Assembly (NCBI RefSeq): GCF_009914755.1 | Contig: NC_060925.1 | DNA length: 64,000 bases | DNA from: the human T2T-CHM13v2.0 reference genome, Homo sapiens | Reading direction: 5' to 3' (one strand) | Shown: positions 11,700 to 27,100 of the stretch, piece by piece | How the letters are laid out: each line of letters begins with the position of its first letter | Numbering within the stretch: the first letter of the stretch is position 1 | The notes under the pieces: generated by a model | The model's database searches: none | Seen by the model: only the letters and a program-made list of their open reading frames with translations | What the model was told of the DNA's origin: nothing | Translations under genes and position numbers: made by a program

Positions 11700-14600
11700 A
11701 GTCTGGGAGTTGAACACATGCCTCACAAAGAAGTTTCTGAGAAGGCATCTGTTTACTCTTTAAGTGAAGATATTCCCGTTTCCAAGGAAATCTTCACAGA
11801 GTTCCACCTATCCATGTGCAGATTCTAGAAAAAAGAGAGTTTCGAAACTGCTCTATCCAAAGGAATGTTCAACTCTGTGAGTTGCATGCAATCATCACAG
11901 AGAAGTTTCTGAGAAGGCTTCTGTCTGGATTTTATGTGAAGATATACCCATTTCGAACGAAGGCCACAAAGTGCTCCCAATATCCACTTGCAGATCCTAC
12001 AAAAAGAGTGTTTCAAACGTGAACTGTCAAAGGAAGTTTCAACTCTGGACTTTGAATGCAAACGTCACAAAGAAGATTCTGCAAAAGCTTCTGTTTAGTT
12101 AGGTGACGTTATCCCGTTTCCAACGAAATCCTCAGGGAGGTCCAACTGTCCACTTGCAGATTCTACAAAAAGTGTGTTTCAAAACTGCTCCATCCAAAGG
12201 AATGTTCCGCTCTGTGAGTTCAACTCAATCATCCCAAAGTATTTTCTGCGAATGCTTCTGTCCAGTTTTTACACGAAGCTATTTCCTTTACTACCGTAGG
12301 CCTCAAAGCGTTCCAAATCTCCACTTGCAGATACTACGAAAAGAGTGTTTCAACTTGAACTCACAAGGGAATGTTCAACCCCGTGAGTTGAATGCCAACA
12401 TCACGAAGAAGTTTCTGAGAATGCTTCTGTTTAGTTCTGTGAGGTTTATCCCGTTTCCAACGAAATCCACAGAGAAATCCAAACACCCACTGGCAGATTC
12501 TACAAAAAGTGTGTTTCGAAACTGCTCCATCCAAAACAATGTTCAGCTCTGTGGGTTGAACTCAATCGTCACAAAGTGTTTCCTGAGAATGCTGCTGTCT
12601 AGTTTTTATGGGCAGTGATTTCCTCTACTGCCATAGGCCTCAAAGCGGTCCAAATCTCCCCTTGCCGATTCTACCAAAAGTGTGTTTCCAAACGGCTCTA
12701 TCAAAGGGAATGTTCAACTCTGTGACCTGAAAGCACTCATCACAAAGTAGTTTCTGAGAACGCTTCCATCTAGCTTTTATGAGTAGATAGTTCCTTTTCC
12801 ACCACAGGCCTCGAAGCCCTCCAAATGTCCACTTGCAGATTCTAGAAAGAGAGGGTTTCAAAGCTGCTCTATCGAAAGGAAATTACAACTCTGTGAGTTG
12901 AATGCAAACATCACCAAGAAGGCTCTGAGCACGCTTCCGTTTAGCTTTTATGGGAAGATTATCCCTTTTCCATCGAAATCTCCAAAGAGGTCCAAATATC
13001 CGCTTGCAGGTCCCACTGAAAGAGTGTTTCCAAACTGCTGTATCAAAAGGAACCTTCAACTCCGTGAGTTGAATGCCATCATCACAAAGACGTTTCTGAC
13101 AATGCTTCTCTCTGGTTTTGAGGTGAAGATATTTCCTTTTCCACCACAGGCCTGAAAGCGCTCCAAACGTCCACTTGGAGACTCTACGAAAAGAATGTTT
13201 CAAAACTGCTCTATGAAAAGCAAGGTTGAAGTCTGGGAGTTGAACACAGGCCTCAGAAAGAAGTTTCTGAGAAGGCATCCGTTTACTCTTTAAGTGAAGA
13301 TATTCCCGTTTCCAAGGAAATCTTCACAGAGTTCCACCTATCCATGTGCAGATTCCAGAAAAAAGAGAGTTTCGAAACTGCTCTACCCAAAGGAATGTTC
13401 AACTCTGTGAGTTGCATGCAATCATCACAGAGAAGTTTCTGAGAAGGCTTCTGTCTGGATTTTATGTGAAGATATACCCATTTCGAACGAAGGCCACAAA
13501 GTGCTCCCAATATCCACTTGCAGATCCTACAAAAAGAGTGTTTCAACCGTGAACTGTCAAAGGAAGTGTCAAATCTGGACTTTGAATGCAAACGTCACAA
13601 AGAAGTTTCTGCGAAAGCTTCTGTTTAGTTAGGTGACGTTATCCCGTTTCCAACGAAATCCTCAGGGAGGTCCAACTGTCCACTTGCAGATTCTACAAAA
13701 AGTGTGTTTCAAAACTGCTCCATCCAAAGGAATGTTCCGCTCTGTGAGTTCAACTCAATCATCCCAAAGTATTTTCTGCGAATGCTTCTGTCCAGTTTTT
13801 AAAAGAAGCTATTTCCTTTACTACCGTAGGCCTCAAAGCGTTCCAAATCTCCACTTGCAGATACTACGAAAAGAGTGTTTCAACTTGAACTCACAAGGGA
13901 ATGTTCAACCCCGTGAGTTGAATGCCAACATCACGAAGAAGTTTCTGAGAATGCTTCTGTTTAGTTCTGTGAGGTTTATCCCGTTTCCAACGAAATCCAC
14001 AGAGAAATCCAAACACCCACTGGCAGATTCTACAAAAAGTGTGTTTCGAAACTGCTCCATCCAAAACAATGTTCAGCTCTGTGGGTTGAACTCAATCGTC
14101 ACAAAGTGTTTCCTGAGAATGCTGCTCTCTAGTTTTTATGGGCAGTGATTTCCTCTACTGCCATAGGCCTCAAAGCGGTCCAAATCACCCCTTGCCGATT
14201 CTACCAAAAGTGTGTTTCCAAACGGCTCTATCAAAGGGAATGTTCAACTCTGTGACCTGAAAGCAATCATCACAAAGTAGTTTCTGAGAATGCTTCCGTC
14301 TAGGTTTTATGAGTAGATATTTCCTTTTCCACCACAGGCCTCGAAGCCCTCCAAATGTCCACTTGCAGATTCTAGAAAGAGAGGGTTTCAAAGCTGCTCT
14401 ATCGAAAGGAAATTACAACTCTGTGAGTTGAATGCAAACATCACCAAGAAGGCTCTGAGCACGCTTCCGTTTAGCTTTTATGGGAAGATTATCCCTTTTC
14501 CATCGAAATCTCCAAAGAGCCCCAAATATCCGCTTGCAGGTCCCACTGAAAGAGTGTTTCCAAACTGCTGTATCAAAAGGAACCTTCAACTCCGTGAGTT

Positions 14601-15132
14601 GAATGCCATCATCACAAAGACGTTTCTGACAATGCTTCTCTCTAGTTTTGAGGTGAAGATATTTCCTTTTCCACCACAGGCCTGAAAGCGCTCCAAACGT
14701 CCACTTGGAGACTCTACGAAAAGAATGTTTCAAAACTGCTCTATGAAAAGCAAGGTTAAAGTCTGGGAGTTGAACACATGCCTCACAAAGAAGTTTCTGA
14801 GAAGGCATCCGTTTACTCTTTAAGTGAAGATATTCCCGTTTCCAAGGAAATCTTCACAGAGTTCCACCTATCCATGTGCAGATTCCAGAAAAAAGAGAGT
14901 TTCGAAACTGCTCTATCCAAAGGAATGTTCAACTCTGTGAGTTGCATGCAATCATCACAGAGAAGTTTCTGAGAAGGCTTCTGTCTGGATTTTATGTGAA
15001 GATATACCCATTTCGAACGAAGGCCACAAAGTGCTCCCAATATCCACTTGCAGATCCTACAAAAAGAGTGTTTCCAACGTGAGCTATCAAGGGAAGGTTC
15101 AACTCTGGACTTTGAATGCAAACGTCACAAAG

Positions 15133-18100
15133 AAGTTTCTGCGAAAGCTTCTGTTTAGTTAGGTGACGTTATCCCGTTTCCAAAGAAATCCTCAGGGAGG
15201 TCCAACGGTCCACTTGCAGATTCTACAAAAAGTGTGTTTCAAAACTGCTCCATCCAAAAGAATGTTCCGCTCTGTGAGTTCAATTCAATCATCCCAAAGT
15301 ATTTTCTGCGAATGCTTCTGTGCAGTTTTTACACGAAGCTATTTCCTTTACTACCGTAGGCCTCAAAGCGTTCCAAATCTCCACTTGCAGATACTACGAA
15401 AAGAGTGTTTCAACGTGAAATCACAAGGGAATGTTCAACCCCGTGAGTTGAATGCCAACATCACGAAGAAGTTTCTGAGAATACTTCTGTTTAGTTCTGT
15501 GAGGTTTATCCCGTTTCCAACGATATCCTCAGAGAAGTCCAAACACCCACTTGCAGATCCTATAAAAAGTGTGTTTCGAAACTGCTCCATCCAAAACAAT
15601 GTTCAGCTCTGTGGGTTGAACTCAATCGTCACAAAGTGTTTCCGGAGAATGCTGCTGTCTAGTTTTTATGGGCAGTGATTTCCTCTACTGCCATAGGCCT
15701 CAAATCGGTCCAAATCTCCCCTTGCCGATTCTGCCAAAAGTGTGTTTCCAAACAGCTCTATCAAAGGGAATGTTCAACTCTGTGACCTGAAAACAATCAT
15801 CACAAAGTAGTTTCTGAGAATGCTTCCATCTAGCTTTTATGAGTAGATATTTCCTTTTCCAACACAGGCCTCGAAGCCCTCTAAATGTCCACTTGCAGAT
15901 TCTAGAAAGAGAGGGTTTCAAAGCTGCTCTATCGAAAGGAAAGTACAACTCTGTGAGTTGAATGCAAACATCACCAAGAAGGATCTGAGCACGCTTCCGT
16001 TTAGCTTTTATGGGAAGATTATCCCTTTTCCATCGAAATCTCCAAAGAGGTCCAAATATCCACTTGCAGATCCCACTGAAAGAGTGTTTCCAAACTGCTG
16101 TATCAAAAGGAACCTTCAACTCCGGGAGTTGAATGCCATCATCACAAAGACGTTTCTGACAATGCCTCTCTCTAGTTTTTAGGTGAAGACATTTCCTTTT
16201 CCACCACAGGCCTGAAAGCGCTCCAAACGTCCACTTGGAGACTCTACGAAAAGAATGTTTCAAAACTGCCCTATGAAAAGCAAAGTTAAATTCTGGGAGT
16301 TGAACACATGCCTCACAAAGAAGTTTCTGAGAAGGCATCTGTTTACTCTTTAAGTGAAGATATACCCGTTTCCAAGGAAACCTTCACAGAGTTCCACCTA
16401 TCCACGTGCAGATTCCAGAAAAAAGAGAGTTTCGAAACTGCTCTATACAAAGGAATGTTCAACTCTGTGAGTTGCACGCCATCATCACAGAGAAGTTTCT
16501 GAGAAGGCTTCTGTCTGGATTTTATGTGAAGATATACCCATTTCGAACAAACGCCACAAAGTGCTCCCAATATCCACTTGCAGATCCCACAAGAAGAGTG
16601 TTTCAAACGTGAACTATCAAAGGAAGATTCAACTCCGGACTTTGAATGCAAACGTCACAAAGAAGTTTCTGCGAAAGCTTCTGTTTAGTTAGGTGACGTT
16701 ATCCCGTTTCCAACGAAATCCTCAAGGAGGTGCAACTGTCCACTTGCAGATTCTACAAAAAGTGTGTTTCAAAACTGCTCCATCCAAAGGAATGTTCCGC
16801 TCTGTGAGTTCAACTCAATCATCCCAAAGTATTCTCTGAGAATGCTTCTGTCTAGTTTTTACACGAAGCTATTTCCTTTACTACCGTAGGCCTCAAAGCA
16901 TTCCAAATCTCCACTTGCAGATACTACTAAAAGAGTGTTTCAACTTGAACTCACAAGGGAATGTTCAACCCCGTGAGTTGAATGCCAACATCACGAAGAA
17001 GTTTCTGAGAATACTTCTGTTTAGTTCTGTGAGGTTTCTCCCGTTTCCAACGAAATCCTCAGAGAAGTCCAAACACCCACTTGCAGATTCTACAAAAAGT
17101 GTGTTTCGAATCCTCTCCATCCAAAACAATGTTCAGCTCTGTGGGTTGAACTCAATCGTCACAAAGTGTTTCCTGAGAATGCTGCTGTCTAGTTTTTATG
17201 GGCAGTGATTTCCTCTACTGCCATAGACCTCAAAGCGGTCCAAATCTCCCCTTGCCGATTCTACCAAAAGTGTGTTTCCAAACGGCTCTATCAAAGGGAA
17301 TGTTCAACTATGTGACCTGAAAAAAATCATCACAAAGTAGTTTCTGAGAATGCTTCCATCTAGCTTTTATGAGTAGATAGTTCCTTTTCCACCACAGGCC
17401 TCGAAGCCCTCCAAATATCCACTTGCAGATTCTCGAAAGAGAGGTATTCAAAGCTGCTCTATCGAAAGGAAAGTACAAATCTGTGAGTTGAATGCAAACA
17501 TCGCCAAGAAGGCTCTGAGCACGCTTCCGTTTAGCTTTTATGGAAAGATTATACCTTTTCCATCGAAATCTCAAAAGAGTTCAAATATCAGCTTGCAGGT
17601 CCCACTGAAAGGGTGTTTCCAAACTGCTGTATCAAAAGGAACCTTCAACTCCGTGAGTTGAATGCCATCATCACAAAGACGTTTCTGACAATGCTTCTCT
17701 CTAGTTTTGAGGTGAAGATATTTCCTTTTCCACCACAGGCCTGAAAGCGCTCCAAACGTCCACTTGGAGACTCTACGAAAAGAATGTTTCAAAACTGCCC
17801 TATGAAAAGCAAGGTTAAATTCTGGGAGTTGAACACATGCCTCACAAAGAAGTTTCTGAGAAGGCATCTGCTTACTCTTTAAGTGAAGATATTCCCGTTT
17901 CCAAGGAAATCTTCACCGAGTTCCACCTATCCATGTGCAGATTCTAGAAAAAAGAGAGATTCGAAACTGCTCTATCCAAAGGAATGTTCAACTCTGTGAG
18001 TTGCACGCAGTCATCACAGAGAAGTTGCTGAGAAGGCTTCTGTCTGGATTTTCTGTGAAGATATACCCATGTCGAACGAAGGCCACAAAGTGCTCCCAAT

Positions 18101-21100
18101 ATCCACTTGCAGAACCTACAAAAAGAGTGTTTCAAACGTGAACTGTGAAAGGAAGGTTCAACTCCGGACTTTGAATGCAAACGTCACAAAGAAGTTTCTG
18201 TGAAAGCTTCTGTTTAGTTAGGTGACGTTATCCCGTTTCCAATGAAATCCTCAGGGAGGTCCAACTGTCCACTTGCAGATTCTACAAAAAGTGTGTTTCA
18301 AAAGTGCTCCATCCAAAGGAATGTTCCGCTCTGTGAGTTCAACTCAATCATCCCAAAGTATTTTCTGAGAATGCTTCTGTCCAGTTTTTACACGAAGGTA
18401 TTTCCTTTACTACCGTAGTCCTCAAAGCGTTCCAAATCTCCACTTGCAGATACTACGAAAAGAGTGTTTCAACTTGAACTCACAAGGGAATGTTCAACCC
18501 CGTGAGTTGAATGCCTACATCACGAAGAAGTTTCTGAGAATGCTTCTGTTTAGTTCTGTGAGGTTTATGCTGTTTCCAACGAAATCCTCAGAGAAGTCCA
18601 AACACCCACTTGCAGATTCTACAAAAAGTGTGTTTCGAAACTGCTCCATCCAAAACAATGTTCAGCTCTGTGGGTTGAACTCAATCGTCACAAAGTGTTT
18701 CCTGAGAATGCTGCTGTCTAGTTTTTATGGGCAGTGATTTCCTCTACTGCCATAGGCCTCAAATCGGTCCAAATCTCCCCTTGCCAATTCTGCCAAAAGT
18801 GTGTTTCCAAACGGCTCTATCAAAGGGAATGTTCAACTCTGTGACCTGAAAACAATCATCACAAAGTAGTTTCTGAGAATGCTTCCATCTAGCTTTTATG
18901 AGTAGATATTTCCTTTTCCACCACAGGCCTCGAAGCCCTTTAAATGTCCACTTGCAGATTCTAGAAAGAGAGGGTTTCAAAGCTGCTCTATCGAAAGGAA
19001 AGTACAACTCTGTGAGTTGAATGCAAACATCACAAAGAAGGCTATGAGCACGCTTCCGTTTAGCTTTTATGGGAAGATTATCTCTTTTCCATCAAAATCT
19101 CCAAAGAGGTCCAAATAACCGCTTGCAGGTCCCACTGAAAGAGTGTTCCCAAACTGCTGTATCAAAAGGAACCTTCAACTCCGTGAGTTGAATGCCATCA
19201 TCACAAAGACGTTTCTGACAATGCTTCTCTCTAGTTTTTAGCTGAAGATATTTCCTTTTCCACCACAGGCCTGAAAGCGCTCCAAACGTCCACTTGGATA
19301 CTCTACGAAAAGAATGTTTCAAAACTGCCCTAAGAAAAGCAAGGTTAAATTCTGGGAGTTGAACAAATGCCTCAAAAAGAAGTTTCAGAGAAGGCATCTG
19401 TTTACTCTTTAAGTGAAGATATTCCCGTTTCTAAGGAAATCTTCACAGAGTTCCACCTATCCATGTGCAGATTCTAGAAAAAAGAGAGTTTCGAAACTGC
19501 TCTATCCAAAGGAATGTTCAACTCTGTGAGTTGCACGCAATCATCACAGAGAAGTTTCTGAGAAGGCTTCTGTCTGGATTTTCTGTGAAGATATACCCAT
19601 GTCGAATGAAGGCCACAAAGTGCTCCCAATATCCACTTGCAGATCCTACAAAAAGAGTGTTTCAAACGTGAACTATCAAAGGAAGGTTCAACTCTGGACT
19701 TTGAATGCAAACGTCACAAAGAAGTTTCTGCGAAAGCTTCTGTTCAGTTAGGTGACGTTATCCCGTTTCCAACGAAATCCTCAGGGAGGTCCAACTGTCC
19801 ACTTGGAGATTCTACAAAAAGTGTGTTTCAAAACTGCTCCATCCAAAGAAATGTTCCGCTCTGTGAGTTCAACTCAATCATCCCAAAGTATTTTCTGAGA
19901 ATGCTTCTGTCCAGTTTTTACACGAAGCTATTTCCGTTACTACCGTAGGCCTCAAAGCGTTGCGATTCTCCATTTTCAGATACTACGAAAAGAGTGTTTC
20001 AACTTGAACTCACAAGGGAATGTTCAACCCCGTGAGTTGAATGCCAACATCACGAAGAAGTTTCTGAGAATGCTTCTGTTTAGTTCTGTGAGGTTTATCC
20101 GGTTTCCAACGAAATCCTCAGAGAAGTCCAAACACCCACTCGCAGATTCTACAAAAAGTGTGTTTCGAAACTGCTCCATCCAAAACAATGTTCAGCTCTG
20201 TGGGTTGAACTCAATCGTCACAAAGTGTTTGCTGAGAATGCTGCTGTCTATTTTTTATGGGCAGTGATTTCCTCTACTGCCATAGGCCTCAAAGCGGTCC
20301 AAATCTCCCCTTACCGATTCTACCAAAAGTGTGTTTCCAAACGGCTCTATCAAAGGGAATGTTCAACTCTATGACCTGGAAGTAATCATCACAAAGTAGT
20401 TTCTGAGAATGCTTCCATCTAGCCTTTATGAGTAGATATTTCCTTTTCCACCACAGGCCTCGAAGCCCTCCAAATGTCCACTTGCAGATTCTAGAAATAG
20501 AGGGTTTCATAGCTGCTCTATCTAAAGGAAAGTACAACTCTGTGAGTTGAATGCAAACATCACAAAGAAGGCTCTGAGCATACTTCCGTTTAGCTTTTAT
20601 GGGAAGATTATCCCTTTTCCATCGAAATCTCCAAAGAGGTCCAAATATCCGCTTGCAGATCCCACTCAAAGAGTGTTTCCAAACTGCTGTATCAAAAGGA
20701 ACCTTCAGCTCCGTGAGTTGAATGCCATAATCATAAAGACGTTTCTGACAATGCTTCTCTCTAGTTTTTAGGTGAAGATATTTCCTTTTCCACCACAGGC
20801 CTGAAAGCGCTCCAAACGTCCACTTGGAGACACTACGAAAAGAATGTTTCAAAACTGCTGTATGAAAAGCAAGGTTAAATTCTGGGAGTTGAACACATGC
20901 CTCACAAAGAAGTTTCTGAGAAGGCATCTGTTTACTCTTTAAGTGAAGATATTCCCGTTTCCAAGGAAATCTTCACAGAGTTCCACCTATCCATGTGCAG
21001 ATTCTAGAAAAAAGAGAGTTTCGAAACTGCTCTATCCAAAGGAATGTTCAACTCTGTGAGTTGCATGCAATCATCACAGAGAAGTTTCTGAGAAGCCTTC

Positions 21101-24100
21101 TGTCTGGATTTTATGTGAAGATATACCGATTTCGAACGAAGGCCACAAAGTGCTCCCAATATCCACTTGCAGATCCTACAAAAAGAGTGTTTCAAAGATG
21201 AACTATCAAAGGAAGGTTCAACTCTGGACTTTGAATGCGAACGTCACAAACAAGTTTCTGCGAAAGCTTCTGTTTAGTTAGGTGACGTTATCCCGTTTCC
21301 AAAGAAATCCTCAGGGAGGTCCAACGGTCCACTTGCAGATTCTACAAAAAGTGTGTTTCAAAACTGCTCCATCCAAAAGAATGTTCCGCTCTGTGAGTTC
21401 AATTCAATCATCCCAAAGTATTTTCTGCGAATGCTTCTGTGCAGTTTTTACACGAAGCTATTTCCTTTACTACCGTAGGCCTCAAAGCGTTCCAAATCTC
21501 CACTTGCAGATACTACGAAAAGAGTGTTTCAACGTGAAATCACAAGGGAATGTTCAACCCCGTGAGTTGAATGCCAACATCACGAAGAAGTTTCTGAGAA
21601 TACTTCTGTTTAGTTCTGTGAGGTTTATCCCGTTTCCAACGATATCCTCAGAGAAGTCCAAACACCCACGTGCAGATCCTATAAAAAGTGTGTTTCGAAA
21701 CTGCTCCATCCAAAACAATGTTCAGCTCTGTGGGTTGAACTCAATCGTCACAAAGTGTTTCCGGAGAATGCTGCTGTCTAGTTTTTATGGGCAGTGATTT
21801 CCTCTACTGCCATAGGCCTCAAATCGGTCCAAATCTCCCCTTGCCGATTCTGCCAAAAGTGTGTTTCCAAACAGCTCTATCAAAGGGAATGTTCAACTCT
21901 GTGACCTGAAAACAATCATCACAAAGTAGTTTCTGAGAATGCTTCCATCTAGCTTTTATGAGTAGATATTTCCTTTTCCAACACAGGCCTCGAAGCCCTC
22001 TAAATGTCCACTTGCAGATTCTAGAAAGAGAGGGTTTCAAAGCTGCTCTATCGAAAGGAAAGTACAACTCTGTGAGTTGAATGCAAACATCACCAAGAAG
22101 GATCTGAGCACGCTTCCGTTTAGCTTTTATGGGAAGATTATCCCTTTTCCATCGAAATCTCCAAAGAGGTCCAAATATCCACTTGCAGATCCCACTGAAA
22201 GAGTGTTTCCAAACTGCTGTATCAAAAGGAACCTTCAACTCCGGGAGTTGAATGCCATCATCACAAAGACGTTTCTGACAATGCCTCTCTCTAGTTTTTA
22301 GGTGAAGACATTTCCTTTTCCACCACAGGCCTGAAAGCGCTCCAAACGTCCACTTGGAGACTCTACGAAAAGAATGTTTCAAAACTGCCCTATGAAAAGC
22401 AAAGTTAAATTCTGGGAGTTGAACACATGCCTCACAAAGAAGTTTCTGAGAAGGCATCTGTTTACTCTTTAAGTGAAGATATACCCGTTTCCAAGGAAAC
22501 CTTCACAGAGTTCCACCTATCCACGTGCAGATTCCAGAAAAAAGAGAGTTTCAAAACTGCTCTATACAAAGGAATGTTCAACTCTGTGAGTTGCACGCCA
22601 TCATCACAGAGAAGTTTCTGAGAAGGCTTCTGTCTGGATTTTATGTGAAGATATACCCATTTCGAACGAAGGCCACAAAGTGCTCCCAATATCCACTTGC
22701 AGATCCCACAAGAAGAGTGTTTCAAACGTGAACTATCAAAGGAAGATTCAACTCCGGACTTTGAATGCAAACGTCACAAAGAAGTTTCTGCGGAAGCTTC
22801 TGTTTAGTTAGGTGACGTTATCCCGTTTCCAACGAAATCCTCAAGGAGGTGCAACTGTCCACTTGCAGATTCTACAAAAAGTGTGTTTCAAAACTGCTCC
22901 ATCCAAAGGAATGTTCCGCTCTGTGAGTTCAACTCAATCATCCCAAAGTATTCTCTGAGAATGCTTCTGTCCAGTTTTTACACGAAGCTATTTCCTTTAC
23001 TACCGTAGGCCTCAAAGCATTCCAAATCTCCACTTGCAGATACTACTAAAAGAGTGTTTCAACTTGAACTCACAAGGGAATGTTCAACCCCGTGAGTTGA
23101 ATGCCAACATCACGAAGAAGTTTCTGAGAATACTTCTGTTTAGTTCTGTGAGGTTTCTCCCGTTTCCAACGAAATCCTCAGAGAAGTCCAAACACCCACT
23201 TGCAGATTCTACAAAAAGTGTGTTTCGAATCCTCTCCATCCAAAACAATGTTCAGCTCTGTGGGTTGAACTCAATCGTCACAAAGTGTTTCCTGAGAATG
23301 CTGCTGTCTAGTTTTTATGGGCAGTGATTTCCTCTACTGCCATAGACCTCAAAGCGGTCCAAATCTCCCCTTGCCGATTCTACCAAAAGTGTGTTTCCAA
23401 ACGGCTCTATCAAAGGGAATGTTCAACTATGTGACCTGAAAAAAATCATCACAAAGTAGTTTCTGAGAATGCTTCCATCTAGCTTTTATGAGTAGATAGT
23501 TCCTTTTCCACAACAGGCCTCGAAGCCCTCCAAATATCCACTTGCAGATTCTCGAAAGAGAGGTATTCAAAGCTGCTCTATCGAAAGGAAAGTACAAATC
23601 TGTGAGTTGAATGCAAACATCGCCAAGAAGGCTCTGAGCACGCTTCCGTTTAGCTTTTATGGAAAGATTATACCTTTTCCATCGAAATCTCAAAAGAGTT
23701 CAAATATCAGCTTGCAGGTCCCACTGAAAGGGTGTTTCCAAACTGCTGTATCAAAAGGAACCTTCAACTCCGTGAGTTGAATGCCATCATCACAAAGACG
23801 TTTCTGACAATGCTTCTCTCTAGTTTTGAGGTGAAGATATTTCCTTTTCCACCACAGGCCTGAAAGCGCTCCAAACGTCCACTTGGAGACTCTACGAAAA
23901 GAATGTTTCAAAACTGCCCTATGAAAAGCAAGGTTAAATTCTGGGAGTTGAACACATGCCTCACAAAGAAGTTTCTGAGAAGGCATCTGCTTACTCTTTA
24001 AGTGAAGATATTCTCGTTTCCAAGGAAATCTTCACCGAGTTCCACCTATCCATGTGCAGATTCTAGAAAAAAGAGAGATTCGAAACTGCTCTATCCAAAG

Positions 24101-27100
24101 GAATGTTCAACTCTGTGAGTTGCACGCAGTCATCACAGAGAAGTTGCTGAGAAGGCTTCTGTCTGGATTTTCTGTGAAGATATACCCATGTCGAACGAAG
24201 GCCACAAAGTGCTCCCAATATCCACTTGCAGAACCTACAAAAAGAGTGTTTCAAACGTGAACTGTGAAAGGAAGGTTCAACTCCGGACTTTGAATGCAAA
24301 CGTCACAAAGAAGTTTCTGTGAAAGCTTCTGTTTAGTTAGGTGACGTTATCCCGTTTCCAATGAAATCCTCAGGGAGGTCCAACTGTCCACTTGCAGATT
24401 CTACAAAAAGTGTGTTTCAAAAGTGCTCCATCCAAAGGAATGTTCCGCTCTGTGAGTTCAACTCAATCATCCCAAAGTATTTTCTGAGAATGCTTCTGTC
24501 CAGTTTTTACACGAAGGTATTTCCTTTACTACCGTAGGCCTCAAAGCGTTTCAAATCTCCACTTGCAGATACTACGAAAAGAGTGTTTCAACTTGAACTC
24601 ACAAGGGAATGTTCAACCCCGTGAGTTGAATGCCTACATCACGAAGAAGTTTCTGAGAATGCTTCTGTTTAGTTCTGTGAGGTTTATGCTGTTTCCAACG
24701 AAATCCTCAGAGAAGTCCAAACACCCACTTGCAGATTCTACAAAAAGTGTGTTTCGAAACTGCTCCATCCAAAACAATGTTCAGCTCTGTGGGTTGAACT
24801 CAATCGTCACAAAGTGTTTCCTGAGAATGCTGCTGTCTAGTTTTTATGGGCAGTGATTTCCTCTACTGCCATAGGCCTCAAATCGGTCCAAATCTCCCCT
24901 TGCCAATTCTGCCAAAAGTGTGTTTCCAAACGGCTCTATCAAAGGGAATGTTCAACTCTGTGACCTGAAAACAATCATCACAAAGTAGTTTCTGAGAATG
25001 CTTCCATCTAGCTTTTATGAGTAGATATTTCCTTTTCCACCACAGGCCTCGAAGCCCTTTAAATGTCCACTTGCAGATTCTAGAAAGAGAGGGTTTCAAA
25101 GCTGCTCTATCGAAAGGAAAGTACAACTCTGTGAGTTGAATGCAAACATCACAAAGAAGGCTATGAGCACGCTTCCGTTTAGCTTTTATGGGAAGATTAT
25201 CTCTTTTCCATCAAAATCTCCAAAGAGGTCCAAATAACCGCTTGCAGGTCCCACTGAAAGAGTGTTCCCAAACTGCTGTATCAAAAGGAACCTTCAACTC
25301 CGTGAGTTGAATGCCATCATCACAAAGACGTTTCTGACAATGCTTCTCTCTAGTTTTTAGCTGAAGATATTTCCTTTTCCACCACAGGCCTGAAAGCGCT
25401 CCAAACGTCCACTTGGATACTCTACGAAAAGAATGTTTCAAAACTGCCCTAAGAAAAGCAAGGTTAAATTCTGGGAGTTGAACAAATGCCTCAAAAAGAA
25501 GTTTCAGAGAAGGCATCTGTTTACTCTTTAAGTGAAGATATTCCCGTTTCTAAGGAAATCTTCACAGAGTTCCACCTATCCATGTGCAGATTCTAGAAAA
25601 AAGAGAGTTTCGAAACTGCTCTATCCAAAGGAATGTTCAACTCTGTGAGTTGCACGCAATCATCACAGAGAAGTTTCTGAGAAGGCTTCTGTCTGGATTT
25701 TCTGTGAAGATATACCCATGTCGAATGAAGGCCACAAAGTGCTCCCAATATCCACTTGCAGATCCTACAAAAAGAGTGTTTCAAACGTGAACTATCAAAG
25801 GAAGGTTCAACTCTGGACTTTGAATGCAAACGTCACAAAGAAGTTTCTGCGAAAGCTTCTGTTCAGTTAGGTGACGTTATCCCGTTTCCAACGAAATCCT
25901 CAGGGAGGTCCAACTGTCCACTTGGAGATTCTACAAAAAGTGTGTTTCAAAACTGCTCCATCCAAAGAAATGTTCCGCTCTGTGAGTTCAACTCAATCAT
26001 CCCAAAGTATTTTCTGAGAATGCTTCTGTCCAGTTTTTACACGAAGCTATTTCCGTTACTACCGTAGGCCTCAAAGCGTTGCGATTCTCCATTTTCAGAT
26101 ACTACGAAAAGAGTGTTTCAACTTGAACTCACAAGGGAATGTTCAACCCCGTGAGTTGAATGCCAACATCACGAAGAAGTTTCTGAGAATGCTTCTGTTT
26201 AGTTCTGTGAGGTTTATCCGGTTTCCAACGAAATCCTCAGAGAAGTCCAAACACCCACTCGCAGATTCTACAAAAAGTGTGTTTCGAAACTGCTCCATCC
26301 AAAACAATGTTCAGCTCTGTGGGTTGAACTCAATCGTCACAAAGTGTTTGCTGAGAATGCTGCTGTCTATTTTTTATGGGCAGTGATTTCCTCTACTGCC
26401 ATAGGCCTCAAAGCGGTCCAAATCTCCCCTTACCGATTCTACCAAAAGTGTGTTTCCAAACGGCTCTATCAAAGGGAATGTTCAACTCTATGACCTGGAA
26501 GTAATCATCACAAAGTAGTTTCTGAGAATGCTTCCATCTAGCCTTTATGAGTAGATATTTCCTTTTCCACCACAGGCCTCGAAGCCCTCCAAATGTCCAC
26601 TTGCAGATTCTAGAAATAGAGGGTTTCATAGCTGCTCTATCTAAAGGAAAGTACAACTCTGTGAGTTGAATGCAAACATCACAAAGAAGGCTCTGAGCAT
26701 ACTTCCGTTTAGCTTTTATGGGAAGATTATCCCTTTTCCATCGAAATCTCCAAAGAGGTCCAAATATCCGCTTGCAGATCCCACTCAAAGAGTGTTTCCA
26801 AACTGCTGTATCAAAAGGAACCTTCAGCTCCGTGAGTTGAATGCCATAATCATAAAGACGTTTCTGACAATGCTTCTCTCTAGTTTTTAGGTGAAGATAT
26901 TTCCTTTTCCACCACAGGCCTGAAAGCGCTCCAAACGTCCACTTGGAGACACTACGAAAAGAATGTTTCAAAACTGCTGTATGAAAAGCAAGGTTAAATT
27001 CTGGGAGTTGAACACATGCCTCACAAAGAAGTTTCTGAGAAGGCATCTGTTTACTCTTTAAGTGAAGATATTCCCGTTTCCAAGGAAATCTTCACAGAGT